Shown here piece by piece: positions 1 to 11,990 of a stretch of DNA of 64,000 nucleotides (positions within the stretch are counted from its first letter, which is position 1; the number at the start of each line of letters is the position of its first letter). The DNA is taken from positions 193,564,001-193,628,000 of the forward strand of contig OX597814.1 of assembly GCA_951406725.2 (NCBI GenBank), read 5' to 3'. The position numbers were made by a program, and so were the translations under genes. The stretch comes from Octopus vulgaris. Lineage: Eukaryota. The notes below the pieces were generated by a model that was given only the letters and a program-made list of their open reading frames with translations, did not search any database and was not told the origin of the DNA.

Positions 1-594
1 GATACATTTCTGAAGGCGTTCTTGGAAGTTAGCCACCACTCTCTCTAGCATTGCTCTGTGCATAGTCCCATGGTTTCAACTGTTGCCCAGTGACCAATTT
101 GTACGGGTGGTAATGCAGGTCTTCATGCAAAATGCGTCTTACCGATCTATTATCGATGCCAAGTTCAGTGGAATGCCTCCGAGCAGAACGATTCGAACTC
201 CGTATCAAAGCTTTTCTGACACGCTCCACAATATCCGGCGTCCGTACCGTTCTTGGCGCTCCCACCAGTCTCCTATTCATTAATCTACCTCGTGTACGAA
301 GTGCATTCACCCAAAGTAAGATTATGTAACGGGTAGGAACAGCCTGATTTCGGTGAATGTTGAATGGCGCCGAAACTCACGTTGAACTGTTGCGACACAC
401 TCGTTATTCTTCACGTAACTGTCGTAGGCAAACACACGATGCTCTATCGTCCACAGTGCCATTGCTTCACCAAAAAAGAAGAAAAAATGTTAAGACACTA
501 CGGACCGAATGGTACCTATCGGACATATGTCCCTCCCACTGGGGCTGAGTTATAGCCAGTTCAAAAACGTCCGTCCCGTCTCTTCCACCCCGTA
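1..594 (-). mobile_element. Tc1/mariner-superfamily transposon 5' end with frameshifted transposase N-terminus (DUF4817-type HTH); continues off the window
   Basis: Minus strand from ATG at 462 reads MALWTIEHRVFAYDSYVKNNECVATVQREFRRH, then after a frameshift FNIHRNQAVPTRYIILLWVNALRTRG...PRTVRTPDIVERVRKALIRSSNRSARRHSTELGIDNRSVRRILHEDLHYHPYKL. The terminus reads TA-CGGGGTGG on the minus strand, typical of Tc1/mariner ends. Confidence 0.85.
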
Positions 595-712
595 TATACA
601 TACAGTATACATGCATTTGGGTGTGTGTATCTTTGTGTTTATCCTCCACTGCTTTACAACCGGTGGTGGTTTGTTTACGGTAGCAATTCAACAAAAGACA
701 CCGATAAAATAA

Positions 713-939
713 CTCTTTACTCTTTACTCTTTTACTTGTTTCAGTCATTTGACTGCGTCCATGCTGGAGCACCGCCTTTAATCAAGCAACTCGACCCCGG
801 GACTTATCCTTTCTAAGCCCAGTACTTATTCTATCGGTCTCTTTTGCCGAACCGCTAAGTGACGGGGACATAAACACACCAGCATCGGTTGTCAAGCAAT
901 GCTAGGGGGACAAGCACAGACATACAAACATACACGCAC

Positions 940-972
<33 letters not shown>

Positions 973-1140
973 TACGACGGGCTTCTTTCAGTTTCCGTCT
1001 ACCAAATCCACTCACAAGGCTTCGGTCGGCCCGAGGCTATAGTAGAAGACACTTGCCCAAGGTGCCACACAGTGGGACTGAACCCGGAACCATGTGGTTG
1101 GTAAGCAAGCCTCTTACCACACAACCACTCCTGCGCCTAT
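713..1140 (-). mobile_element. tRNA-headed SINE family A (internal TA/TG microsatellite)
   Basis: A-box-like GTGGTTGTGTGGTAAG and B-box-like GGTTCAGTCCC, then a CORE-like CACCTTGGGCAAGTGTCTT, an internal (TA)n and an AAAGAG-repeat tail. More than 10 related copies lie in the window. Confidence 0.85.
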
Positions 1141-1698
1141 AAGTATCAGACTTTAAAAAAATAATTACCGAGGTCGATTTCTTTGGCTAAACTCTTCAAG
1201 GTAATACCCCCAGCATGTCCGCAGTCCAATGACTGAAGCAGTTGAAAGAAAAAGATAGAAACTTGGATGGAAGATTCCAAGTTTCCATTTTTGCAAGTAA
1301 AAGTTACAACAGACGAAATTTAGACAGAAAAATGTCGCATGACTGCTTTGTGTGACAGAAACAATTTCCTACTTGAGTCCGCTTCACAGACATGAGACAG
1401 AAAGAAAAAAAAACCAACAAGCGCATTGTCAGACCCACAGTCCTTTTCTTGTGACATCCAAAAGAACTATTTGAAGAAGCCGTTGCTGAAACGAAGAGTA
1501 AGATCTTCTACGTGGGCCGAGAAAGGTTATATGTCACTGTGCGCGTTGCTTTTAAACTAGAGGACGGAATGTAAAAACAAGCTCAGTACATCATACAGTT
1601 GCTCATAAACTATTTTGAACCACTGACTGGTTATTTTCATTGCATAATATGGGCCAGTGTTCAACGCTGACTTGAATTTGTTATACATAATCGAGTGT

Positions 1699-2038
1699 GA
1701 AGGCGCATGGCTCAGTGGTTAGAGCGTCGAGCTTAGAATCGTGAGGTTGTGAGCTCGAATCGCGGACCGGGCCGCTAGTTATGTTCTTGAGCAAGGCACT
1801 TTATTTCACGTTTGCTCCAGTTTACTCAGCTGTAGGAATGAGTTGCGACGTCACAGGTACCAAGCTGTATCGGCCCCTTTGCCTTTCCCTTGGATAACAC
1901 TGGTGGCGTGGAGAAGGGAGGCAGGTGTGCATGGACGACTGCTGGTCTTCCATAAACAACCTTGCCCGGAATTGTGCCTGGGAGGGTAACTTTCTAGGTG
2001 CAATCCCATGGTCTGTATCGTGACCGAAGGGGATCTCA
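1699..2038 (+). mobile_element. tRNA-headed SINE family B, full length with target-site duplication
   Basis: A box TGGCTCAGTGGTTAGAGC and B-box-like GCTCGAATC. Flanked by atAatcgagtg (1687) and atTatcgagtg (2041). Reverse copy at 40474-40807. Confidence 0.85.
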
Positions 2039-2149
2039 GAATTATCGAGTGGGGTCTCTAGGACACTAAAGTTTTCACGAACCCAGAAGGCAACAAAATG
2101 CCCTATTGCGTGTACGGAGTCGTGTTCTATTGTGTGTACTGAGAGACAT

Positions 2150-2278
2150 GTTGTTCAGGGGACAAGGCCCAGCTGTTACACATGTGGCAATGAAGGTCAT
2201 TTAAGGGATATCTGTCGAGAAAAGCTGACAGAAAAAATGAAAAAAATCATCTACACATCAGCTCTGTGACACCACCAC
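2150..2278 (+). pseudogene. gag/ORF1-like CCHC zinc-knuckle remnant of a retroelement
   Basis: The frame with Cys at 2174 reads VVQGTRPSCYTCGNEGHLRDICREK, an exact CX2CX4HX4C. It stops soon after; a shifted frame continues SSVTPPPETPEKAT into the array. Confidence 0.7.
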
Positions 2279-5200
2279 CAGAAACACCGGAAAAGGCCAC
2301 CTAATCCTAGGTTCCAGGAGCCAACCAGGATATCGAAACAGCCCCTCCCTGTACTACAACAACAGAAACACCAGAAAAGGCCACCTAATCCTAGGTTCCA
2401 GGAGCCGACCAGGATATCGAAACAGCCTTTCCCTGTACTACAACAACAGAAACACCAGAAAAGGCCACCTAATCCTAGGTTCCAGGAGCCGACCAGGATA
2501 TCGAAACAGCCTTTCCCTGTACTACAACAACAGAAACACCGGAAAAGGCCACCTAATCCTAGGTTCCAGGAGCCGACCAGGATATCGAAACAGCCTTTCC
2601 CTGTACTACAACAACAGAAACACCAGAAAAGGCCACCTAATCCTAGGTTCCAGGAGCCGACCAGGATATCGAAACAGCCCCTCCCTGTACTACAACAACA
2701 GAAACACCAGAAAAGGCCACCTAATCCTAGGTTCCAGGAGCCGACCAGGATATCGAAACAGCCTTTCCCTGTACTACAACAACAGAAACACCAGAAAAGG
2801 CCACCTAATCCTAGGTTCCAGGAGCCGACCAGGATATCGAAACAGCCTTTCCCTGTACTACAACAACAGAAACACCAGAAAAGGCCACCTAATCCTAGGT
2901 TCCAGGAGCCGACCAGGATATCGAAACAGCCCCTCCCTGTACTACAACAACAGAAACACCGGAAAAGGCCACCTAATCCTAGGTTCCAGGAGCCGACCAG
3001 GATATCGAAACAGCCTTTCCCTGTACTACAACAACAGAAACACCAGAAAAGGCCACCTAATCCTAGGTTCCAGGAGCCGACCAGGATATCGAAACAGCCC
3101 CTCCCTGTACTACAACAACAGAAACACCAGAAAAGGCCACCTAATCCTAGGTTCCAGGAGCCGACCAGGATATCGAAACAGCCCCTCCCTGTACTACAAC
3201 AACAGAAACACCAGAAAAGGCCACCTAATCCTAGGTTCCAGGAGCCGACCAGGATATCGAAACAGCCTTTCCCTGTACTACAACAACAGAAACACCAGAA
3301 AAGGCCACCTAATCCTAGGTTCCAGGAGCCGACCAGGATATCGAAACAGCCCCTCCCTGTACTACAACAACAGAAACACCAGAAAAGGCCACCTAATCCT
3401 AGGTTCCAGGAGCCGACCAGGATATCGAAACAGCCCCTCCCTGTACTACAACAACAGAAACACCAGAAAAGGCCACCTAATCCTAGGTTCCAGGAGCCGA
3501 CCAGGATATCGAAACAGCCCCTCCCTGTACTACAACAACAGAAACACCAGAAAAGGCCACCTAATCCTAGGTTCCAGGAGCCGACCAGGATATCGAAACA
3601 GCCCCTCCCTGTACTACAACAACAGAAACACCAGAAAAGGCCACCTAATCCTAGGTTCCAGGAGCCGACCAGGATATCGAAACAGCCCCTCCCTGTACTA
3701 CAACAACAGAAACACCAGAAAAGGCCACCTAATCCTAGGTTCCAGGAGCCGACCAGGATATCGAAACAGCCTTTCCCTGTACTACAACAACAGAAACACC
3801 AGAAAAGGCCACCTAATCCTAGGTTCCAGGAGCCGACCAGGATATCGAAACAGCCTTTCCCTGTACTACAACAACAGAAACACCAGAAAAGGCCACCTAA
3901 TCCTAGGTTCCAGGAGCCGACCAGGATATCGAAACAGCCTTTCCCTGTACTACAACAACAGAAACACCAGAAAAGGCCACCTAATCCTAGGTTCCAGGAG
4001 CCGACCAGGATATCGAAACAGCCCCTCCCTGTACTACAACAACAGAAACACCAGAAAAGGCCACCTAATCCTAGGTTCCAGGAGCCGACCAGGATATCGA
4101 AACAGCCTTTCCTGTACTACAACAACAGAAACACCAGAAAAGGCCACCTAATCCTAGGTTCCAGGAGCCGACCAGGATATCGAAACAGCCTTTCCCTGTA
4201 CTACAACAACAGAAACACCAGAAAAGGCCACCTAATCCTAGGTTCCAGGAGCCGACCAGGATATCGAAACAGCCCCTCCCTGTACTACAACAACAGAAAC
4301 ACCAGAAAAGGCCACCTAATCCTAGGTTCCAGGAGCCGACCAGGATATCGAAACAGCCTTTCCCTGTACTACAACAACAGAAACACCAGAAAAGGCCACC
4401 TAATCCTAGGTTCCAGGAGCCGACCAGGATATCGAAACAGCCTTTCCCTGTACTACAACAACAGAAACACCAGAAAAGGCCACCTAATCCTAGGTTCCAG
4501 GAGCCGACCAGGATATCGAAACAGCCCCTCCCTGTACTACAACAACAGAAACACCAGAAAAGGCCACCTAATCCTAGGTTCCAGGAGCCGACCAGGATAT
4601 CGAAACAGCCTTTCCCTGTACTACAACAACAGAAACACCGGGAAAGGCCACCTAATCCTAGGTTCCAGGAGCCGACCAGGATATCGAAACAGCCTTTCCC
4701 TGTACTACAACAACAGAAACACCGGGAAAGGCCACCTAATCCTAGGTTCCAGGAGCCGACCAGGATATCGAAACAGCCTTTCCCTGTACTACAACAACAG
4801 AAACACCAGAAAAGGCCACCTAATCCTAGGTTCCAGGAGCCGACCAGGATATCGAAACAGCCTTTCCCTGTACTACAACAACAGAAACACCAGAAAAGGC
4901 CACCTAATCCTAGGTTCCAGGAGCCGACCAGGATATCGAAACAGCCTTTCCCTGTACTACAACAACAGAAACACCAGAAAAGGCCACCTAATCCTAGGTT
5001 CCAGGAGCCGACCAGGATATCGAAACAGCCTTTCCCTGTACTACAACAACAGAAACACCAGAAAAGGCCACCTAATCCTAGGTTCCAGGAGCCGACCAGG
5101 ATATCGAAACAGCCCCTCCCTGTACTACAACAACAGAAACACCAGAAAAGGCCACCTAATCCTAGGTTCCAGGAGCCGACCAGGATATCGAAACAGCCTT

Positions 5201-6813
5201 TCCCTGTACTACAACAACAGAAACACCAGAAAAGGCCACCTAATCCTAGGTTCCAGGAGCCGACCAGGATATCGAAACAGCCTTTCCCTGTACTACAACA
5301 ACAGAAACACCAGAAAAGGCCACCTAATCCTAGGTTCCAGGAGCCGACCAGGATATCGAAACAGCCCCTCCCTGTACTACAACAACAGAAACACCAGAAA
5401 AGGCCACCTAATCCTAGGTTCCAGGAGCCGACCAGGATATCGAAACAGCCTTTCCCTGTACTACAACAACAGAAACACCAGAAAAGGCCACCTAATCCTA
5501 GGTTCCAGGAGCCGACCAGGATATCGAAACAGCCTTTCCCTGTACTACAACAACAGAAACACCAGAAAAGGCCACCTAATCCTAGGTTCCAGGAGCCGAC
5601 CAGGATATCGAAACAGCCCCTCCCTGTACTACAACAACAGAAACACCAGAAAAGGCCACCTAATCCTAGGTTCCAGGAGCCGACCAGGATATCGAAACAG
5701 CCTTTCCCTGTACTACAACAACAGAAACACCGGGAAAGGCCACCTAATCCTAGGTTCCAGGAGCCGACCAGGATATCGAAACAGCCTTTCCCTGTACTAC
5801 AACAACAGAAACACCAGAAAAGGCCACCTAATCCTAGGTTCCAGGAGCCGACCAGGATATCGAAACAGCCTTTCCCTGTACTACAACAACAGAAACACCA
5901 GAAAAGGCCACCTAATCCTAGGTTCCAGGAGCCGACCAGGATATCGAAACAGCCTTTCCCTGTACTACAACAACAGAAACACCAGAAAAGGCCACCTAAT
6001 CCTAGGTTCCAGGAGCCGACCAGGATATCGAAACAGCCTTTCCCTGTACTACAACAACAGAAACACCAGAAAAGGCCACCTAATCCTAGGTTCCAGGAGC
6101 CGACCAGGATATCGAAACAGCCTTTCCCTGTACTACAACAACAGAAACACCAGAAAAGGCCACCTAATCCTAGGTTCCAGGAGCCAACCAGGATATCGAA
6201 ACAGCCCCTCCCTGTACTACAACAACAGAAACACCAGAAAAGGCCACCTAATCCTAGGTTCCAGGAGCCGACCAGGATATCGAAACAGCCTTTCCCTGTA
6301 CTACAACAACAGAAACACCAGAAAAGGCCACCTAATCCTAGGTTCCAGGAGCCGACCAGGATATCGAAACAGCCTTTCCCTGTACTACAACAACAGAAAC
6401 ACCAGAAAAGGCCACCTAATCCTAGGTTCCAGGAGCCGACCAGGATATCGAAACAGCCCCTCCCTGTACTACAACAACAGAAACACCAGAAAAGGCCACC
6501 TAATCCTAGGTTCCAGGAGCCGACCAGGATATCGAAACAGCCTTTCCCTGTACTACAACAACAGAAACACCAGAAAAGGCCACCTAATCCTAGGTTCCAG
6601 GAGCCGACCAGGATATCGAAACAGCCTTTCCCTGTACTACAACAACAGAAACACCAGAAAAGGCCACCTAATCCTAGGTTCCAGGAGCCGACCAGGATAT
6701 CGAAACAGCCCCTCCCTGTACTACAACAACAGAAACACCAGAAAAGGCCACCTAATCCTAGGTTCCAGGAGCCGACCAGGATATCGAAACAGCCCCTCCC
6801 TGTACTACAACAA
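2279..6813. repeat. Tandem array of 54 x 84-bp units
   Basis: Unit cagaaacaccagaaaaggccacctaatcctaggttccaggagccgaccaggatatcgaaacagcc(tt/cc)tccctgtactacaacaa. Length 4535 bp = 54x84 minus a single C deleted near 4111. Confidence 0.98.
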
Positions 6814-7005
6814 ATAAGACAGAGATGCAAGGAGAACGTGGCGAATAGTAGCAACAACAGTAATGAGAAACGAATAACAGCGAATCCCTGCTCACAACGA
6901 TAACACCAAAAGCCATATTTAGCTCTCTTGACTGGACCTATCTTACTCACCTGGAACTTGTAATTGTCAAATCTACTTCAAAAAGAACTGCCATCGCCTG
7001 CAAAA

Positions 7006-7470
7006 TCCATCAACAAGGAAACTGATCCATTGTATTGTTTCTATCAAAGAAACGCCTCATTAATGAACATCAAATTCTGATACACCGAACAGACCAACTA
7101 ATTATAGCAGAGCCACACATAACTAGAATAAACAACTCTCTCCTTTACCAAAGCGAGATTATTCCTCTTACACCCACCTCTAGTTCTTAATGCCCCCAAC
7201 TACAACGAATACAACACACATACCCTACCTACCTAAATGATAAGCGTCGCACATCTTCCGGAGACTTTTTTTTTATCTCTGATGCGCAGTTTTCCATCTG
7301 ATGTCGCTAACATATTGATATGTGCAACCTGAGACCACGAAACTGGTTTGCTTGGCTTATGGTTCTGCTATGATTAAGTTGGTCTGTTCGCTGTATCAGA
7401 AATTAATGTTCATTAATGAGGCGTTTCTTTGATGGAAACAACACGATGGATCAATTTCCTTGTTGATGGA
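7006..7470. repeat. Imperfect inverted repeat, ~110-bp arms (7006-7115 / 7360-7470)
   Basis: tccatcaacaaggaaactgatcc...gcctcattaatgaacat...gaacagaccaac is the reverse complement of the second arm, with scattered mismatches. Confidence 0.85.
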
Positions 7471-7635
7471 CACACACACACACACGCACAAATACACATA
7501 CATACACACAAAAACATGCATACGCACATATACATCTATCTATCAATCTACCTTATATATATATAGCGTCGGTAAATCATAAATCCGAAGAAGAAGCACA
7601 CTCTATGTTATAGAGCAGCAGAGTATATAGATATG

Positions 7636-7822
7636 GCCGGTCTATGGGGTTACCCTGGACTTCACGTCCATAAAGCGCTTAGTTTTCCGGTGTATCATCA
7701 TAATATCTAGAGAGGCCACTCGCTAAAAGCGGCCTTAAGCCAACAGGTTTGGGATCTGCTGATACACCGTAAACTAAGCATTTTATGGATGTGAAATCAA
7801 GGGTAATTCCATAAACCAGCCT
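7636..7822. mobile_element. Inverted pair of Penelope-like terminal-repeat fragments; hammerhead variant at 7751-7810 (+)
   Basis: Arms 7636-7700 and 7756-7820 are reverse complements. The plus arm reads GGGAU-CUGCUGA-stem II-GAAA-UCAAGG-GUA-AUUCC. Homologue at 53031-53123. Confidence 0.65.
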
Positions 7823-7824
7823 TT

Positions 7825-8220
7825 TCCCAACCACACAGATCTAAATTTAGTCCCACCGCGTGGCACCTTGGGCAAGTGTCTTCTACTATAGCCATGAGTC
7901 GATCAAAGCCTTATGAGTGAATTTGGTAGACGGAAACTAAAAGAAGTTCGTCGTACATGTGTGTGCATATGTTTATGTGTGTGTAAGTGTGTGTGTGTGT
8001 GTATGCGTGTGAGTTTGTCTCCCCACCATCGCTTGACAACCAGTGTTGGCGTGTTTTACGTCTCCGTAACTTAGCAATTCGGTAAAAAGTAACCGATAGA
8101 ATAAGTACTAGGCATACAAAGAATAAGTCCTAGTGACGATTTCTTTGACTAAAGGCGGTGCGGCAGCATGGCCGCAGTCAGATGACTGAAACAAATTAAA
8201 AGAAAGAAGAATAAAAAGAA
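7825..8220 (+). mobile_element. SINE family A, head eroded
   Basis: gtcccaccgcgtggcaccttgggcaagtgtcttc...(TG)n...cagcatggccgcagtcagatgactgaaac matches the 713-1140 family. Confidence 0.8.
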
Positions 8221-8408
8221 TATATATGTATATATATATATAATTAATTATGCTGCATTTATTTCTAAATGCTGTATTTGTTTTCCGTGTGAGTTTGGCG
8301 CGCTGTTGGTTGGGGCATTTGAATTATAACGTCGGATGTAATCAATTGAACCGCACGCGTATTTATCGTTATGGTAAAATCTGGCGTGTGATTGAGTGGA
8401 TTTCATCC

Positions 8409-8501
8409 AGATAGTCTTGGCTGAAGAGCTACAAATGGATTATTGTAAGTAATATTACATTTAATTCATTAATAGCGAAACAATTGTCCCAAAATAATCT
8501 G
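8409..8501 (+). ncRNA. Type I hammerhead ribozyme, canonical core
   Basis: UUGG-CUGAAGA(8421)-GCUA...UAGC-GAAA(8477)-CAAUUGU-C-CCAA. Stems I and II pair, stem III is the palindrome ACAAUUGU, and the GUC cleavage triplet ends at 8488. It lies in a ~400-bp element flanked by (TA)n. Confidence 0.85.
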
Positions 8502-8640
8502 TATTTTTGTTATTTTTTATTTGCCCTGTCCGCGTGAACTAACAGTCGTACTGGCTTTCATGGGAAACATGTATTTTTCGTGGTTGAAACCTTTTGGATT
8601 AACTGGTGCTAGAGTGAGCAATATAGTGACCACTCTCTTA

Positions 8641-8704
<64 letters not shown>

Positions 8705-8985
8705 TGTATGTATGTATGTATGTATGTATGTATGTGTGTATGTATGTATGTGTGTGTATGTATGTATGTATGTATGTATGTATGTATGTATGTATGTATG
8801 TATGTATGTATGTATGTATGCATGCATGTATGTATGTATGTATGTATATATAGTACACCGTTTAAAGCTCGTTCGCAAAATTCGGCTACTTGGTATCACC
8901 AACAGTATGGAGGTGTATGTCAATAGATTTGCTTCAGAAATTCCTTTGTGTCCGCAGAGTTTATAAAAATTGTACGAGAGAAAGA

Positions 8986-9122
8986 AAATGGAATTCACGA
9001 ATCTATTCAATACGATTGCTTCGAGCCATCGTGCACTGATACGTGGCATCTCTCCAGCGGGGTTCCGATGGACAATGGGGGTGAAACGATCGTAGTGAAT
9101 AAGGAGTTTTGTGAATTCCATT
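8986..9122 (+). mobile_element. Penelope-like fragment with degenerate hammerhead and inverted ends
   Basis: GAAA-CGAUCGU-A-GUG at 9083-9097 has a palindromic stem III, but the CUGANGA box is damaged. aatggaattcac and gtgaattccatt form an inverted pair. Confidence 0.45.
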
Positions 9123-9209
9123 TAACTTCTCTCGCACTCATATATAAGTTTATATGTACATTTATGCATTCATGTATTTATGCATTCATGTATGTGTGTG
9201 TGTGTATGT

Positions 9210-9258
<49 letters not shown>

Positions 9259-9799
9259 GGGGCCGTCTGTCTCCAAAACTCCAAAGTTGAGTAACGTTTC
9301 CATGCTTGGATTTGTAAACTACGATAAGAATAACACTGGTCAACAAAGAATTTGTCCCAAAGAAAAGAATACCTGCATCTTATTTGTTTTTGCATGCATA
9401 ATTCAAAAATAATGTCAAATTATCTGTGTCATCCACAGTTTCTCTGTTCCATGATATCCCTCCCAGTTCCTGTTACGTGGGTTAAATTTTGAGTTAAGCT
9501 GTTAAAATGTAGAAATACTCTTAATTAAAATTTTTATGAACAGAATTAACCTAGTGAAGTCATAAATCCAGCAATCTGTGTCAATGAGTCCCAAAAATAT
9601 ATGAAATAAGAAATATGTAAAAATACTAACACAGAAAAAGTACAGAAAAGTGCTAACACACAGAAGCACAGAAAAACATATGATATACTAACACACAGAA
9701 AGATTAAAACAAAACTCGCGGGTGAAAAGAATCTCGTGGTGTGAAGAATCAAGTGTGAAAAATCAAGATAGACAACAGCGGCAAAGACGACAGTGAACC

Positions 9800-10038
9800 A
9801 CAATATAGTGTACGGTTGTCATGGTAACAAGCTGCTAATGCCACGCTGTCTGTTGGCTGGCTAAAATTACCCAAATTTCCCAACTTTAATTCTAAATCAC
9901 ATCGGATTCTTTAATTTACGGGATAAAGTAATTGGTTGCTCGTAATCAAAATTCAGAGTTGCATCGACACACCAAAACTGAAAGCAATCTAAGCAAAGTT
10001 AAAGGGGGTTCATTTTGCGACTGAAAAAGACTAGATCC
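9800..10038. mobile_element. Probable DNA-transposon end (Merlin-like GGATCT terminus)
   Basis: Ends agatcc, as does the segment ending at 14120, which lies near a Merlin transposase motif. The left boundary is uncertain. Confidence 0.3.
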
Positions 10039-10286
10039 TATATATATATATATATATATATCAATAATTGAGAGTAAAATTAATTAGTTATTAATCAATT
10101 TCACCAAGTAGTGTTCAGTATGTAAAAGGACCATTTAAGGCGTATTCAAAATATTACATTATATAATTAGGGCTTAGTAAAATAAATTACTTTCTAGAAA
10201 TAGCAGCCAAAAAGTTTTTTAGCCATTTCCACTACTTTAAGAAAAATTCTCCCAGATAATGTTTACTCAAAAATAGTTATTTTTGA

Positions 10287-10357
<71 letters not shown>

Positions 10358-10523
10358 CTTGAAGTGTTTTTGCTAACTAAATGTGGCACTCCCATAGAGG
10401 ATGATGCTACTGTTGTTTTAAGCCTCAGGAGGAAATTTCCTCCAGCTGGCTAACTACACACTGTCTGTGTCTGATTAGTATTTCCGAAATGAAATTATCG
10501 TTCCTTGTGTAATACACACAGAT

Positions 10524-10556
10524 CCGGGTTCCTGAGTAGTAACCCGTCATCAGTAT
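10524..10556 (-). ncRNA. Truncated hammerhead (CUGAUGA plus stem II only)
   Basis: Minus strand reads ctgatga-cgggtt...aacccg-ga and then diverges; it lies within a TA-adjacent fragment. Confidence 0.45.
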
Positions 10557-10630
10557 GTGATAATCACCAGCTAGCAATGAGAACTCATTCCAAACGCAAA
10601 ATACTATATGCTTTTTCATGTGACAAACTG

Positions 10631-10670
<40 letters not shown>

Positions 10671-10734
10671 ATATAATCATACACTTATAAAGACACACAT
10701 TTATATAGATATACAGGCATATCTATATATATAC

Positions 10735-10941
10735 ATAGTTAATCCAAACATGAAAAAACAAAGAGAAAACACAACAAAGCGAGGACGTGGAACAAATATA
10801 GTATTATTGGACGCTCAGGAAGGAAGGGAAGAAGGAGGGTTTATCTTTTCGAGCGGAGCTCTTCGTCGGAAACATAGGAAAAAGAAAGATCCAGAGAAGG
10901 GAAGACGGAGGAAAAAAAATCGCCAACGGTACTCACGCGGT

Positions 10942-10949
<8 letters not shown>
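10735..10949 (-). mobile_element. Short hammerhead-bearing element, family P1
   Basis: Homologous to 37264-37482 and 44766-44980. Core ccgacgaagagctccgctcgaaa; flanked by TA repeats. Confidence 0.8.
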
Positions 10950-11021
<72 letters not shown>

Positions 11022-11072
11022 AGATGCATACATGCATACATACACACGCACAATACACATACATACATACAT

Positions 11073-11103
<31 letters not shown>

Positions 11104-11398
11104 TGCATATACACATACGTAGCATTCCTTCCCATCCCTACCTGACGTCAATAAGTTGTCGCATTCTGTCCAGCTGGCTCCACTAGACTATCCCAGCCAC
11201 AGATTTGTTTGTTGGTAATCTGTTTCGCCAATCTGTTTACTTGACCAGAGACACACTGACCGATAAAGCCCATCCACCTCCATCCCGCCCCCGCCTAATA
11301 TTCACATTTGGATGTCAATTTTATTTGTTCACACTTTGACCTTTGACATCTGATAAAATAGACACTTATCTATGTCTGCGAAATTTGGAGTAATGACC

Positions 11399-11464
<66 letters not shown>

Positions 11465-11465
<1 letters not shown>

Positions 11466-11990
11466 CAAAATTAAGAGGAATGACCACTAAAGTTGTCATC
11501 CTATATGCTAAAAATAGACGTCAAATCGCCATTACCACGAAAATATGTTCTCAAGAAGAAAACCCCAGCAAAACGCCAAAATATAAAAATTAGTAAGACA
11601 AATGAAAACATACGAAATGAAAACGATTACCTATGTACCATTGGTTTCACTTGTTGATATCTACGTATATAAACACGCAGACATCTGCAAGATCATCAGC
11701 ATAGTCTGTCGCTTACAACACACAATTTCCAGAACTAGATACAGAACGCTCAACTGAAATCGATCATTTATAAAGTTCTGCAAATTATATTTGCGTGTAT
11801 TTTTTCAAATGCCTTCACTTTGGCGCGCTGAGGTCGGAAATTACTCTGCAGTTAATAAATTTCAGCAGCCAATTTACCGGTTAGAGAACATTTTTTATTT
11901 AAAATTAAATAATAAGGGTAGGAATTGGTGTTAATCAATTAAAACTAGTGGCTTAGCTTATTTTAAAATCCGAAGATTAAAAATTGTTTT
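11465..11990 (-). mobile_element. Penelope-like pseudo-LTR copy, family P2; further partial copies at 11995-12354 and 12905-13035
   Basis: Three direct copies begin aagaggaatgacc.ctaaa; two of them abut (TA)n. This copy carries an intact hammerhead. Confidence 0.7.
11631..11704 (-). ncRNA. Type I hammerhead ribozyme, canonical core
   Basis: CUAUG-CUGAUGA-UCUUG...GAUGUCUGCGU/ACGUAGAUAUC...CAAGU-GAAA-CCAAUGGU-A-CAUAG: 5-bp stem I, long stem II, near-palindromic stem III, GUA triplet. Confidence 0.85.

Noticed and set aside
1699-1775. Functional tRNA genes at SINE heads (also 40735-40807, 49550-49625)
   Set aside because: They have A/B boxes but no proper acceptor stem, and continue into SINE bodies.
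4108-4113. Programmed frameshift within the array
   Set aside because: A single C missing from a short homopolymer in one of 54 units; a sequencing error or private mutation is more likely.
2279-6813. CRISPR array
   Set aside because: No unique spacers, no cas genes, and a eukaryotic context.
4071-6950. 959-aa Cys-rich ORF as a real gene
   Set aside because: It is the antisense reading of an 84-bp unit that happens to be stop-free. It has a non-ATG start, is ended by a 1-bp indel, and has no unique domain.
7295-7352. Hammerhead between the 7006/7470 arms
   Set aside because: ctgatgt...cgaaac is present, but the stems do not pair convincingly.
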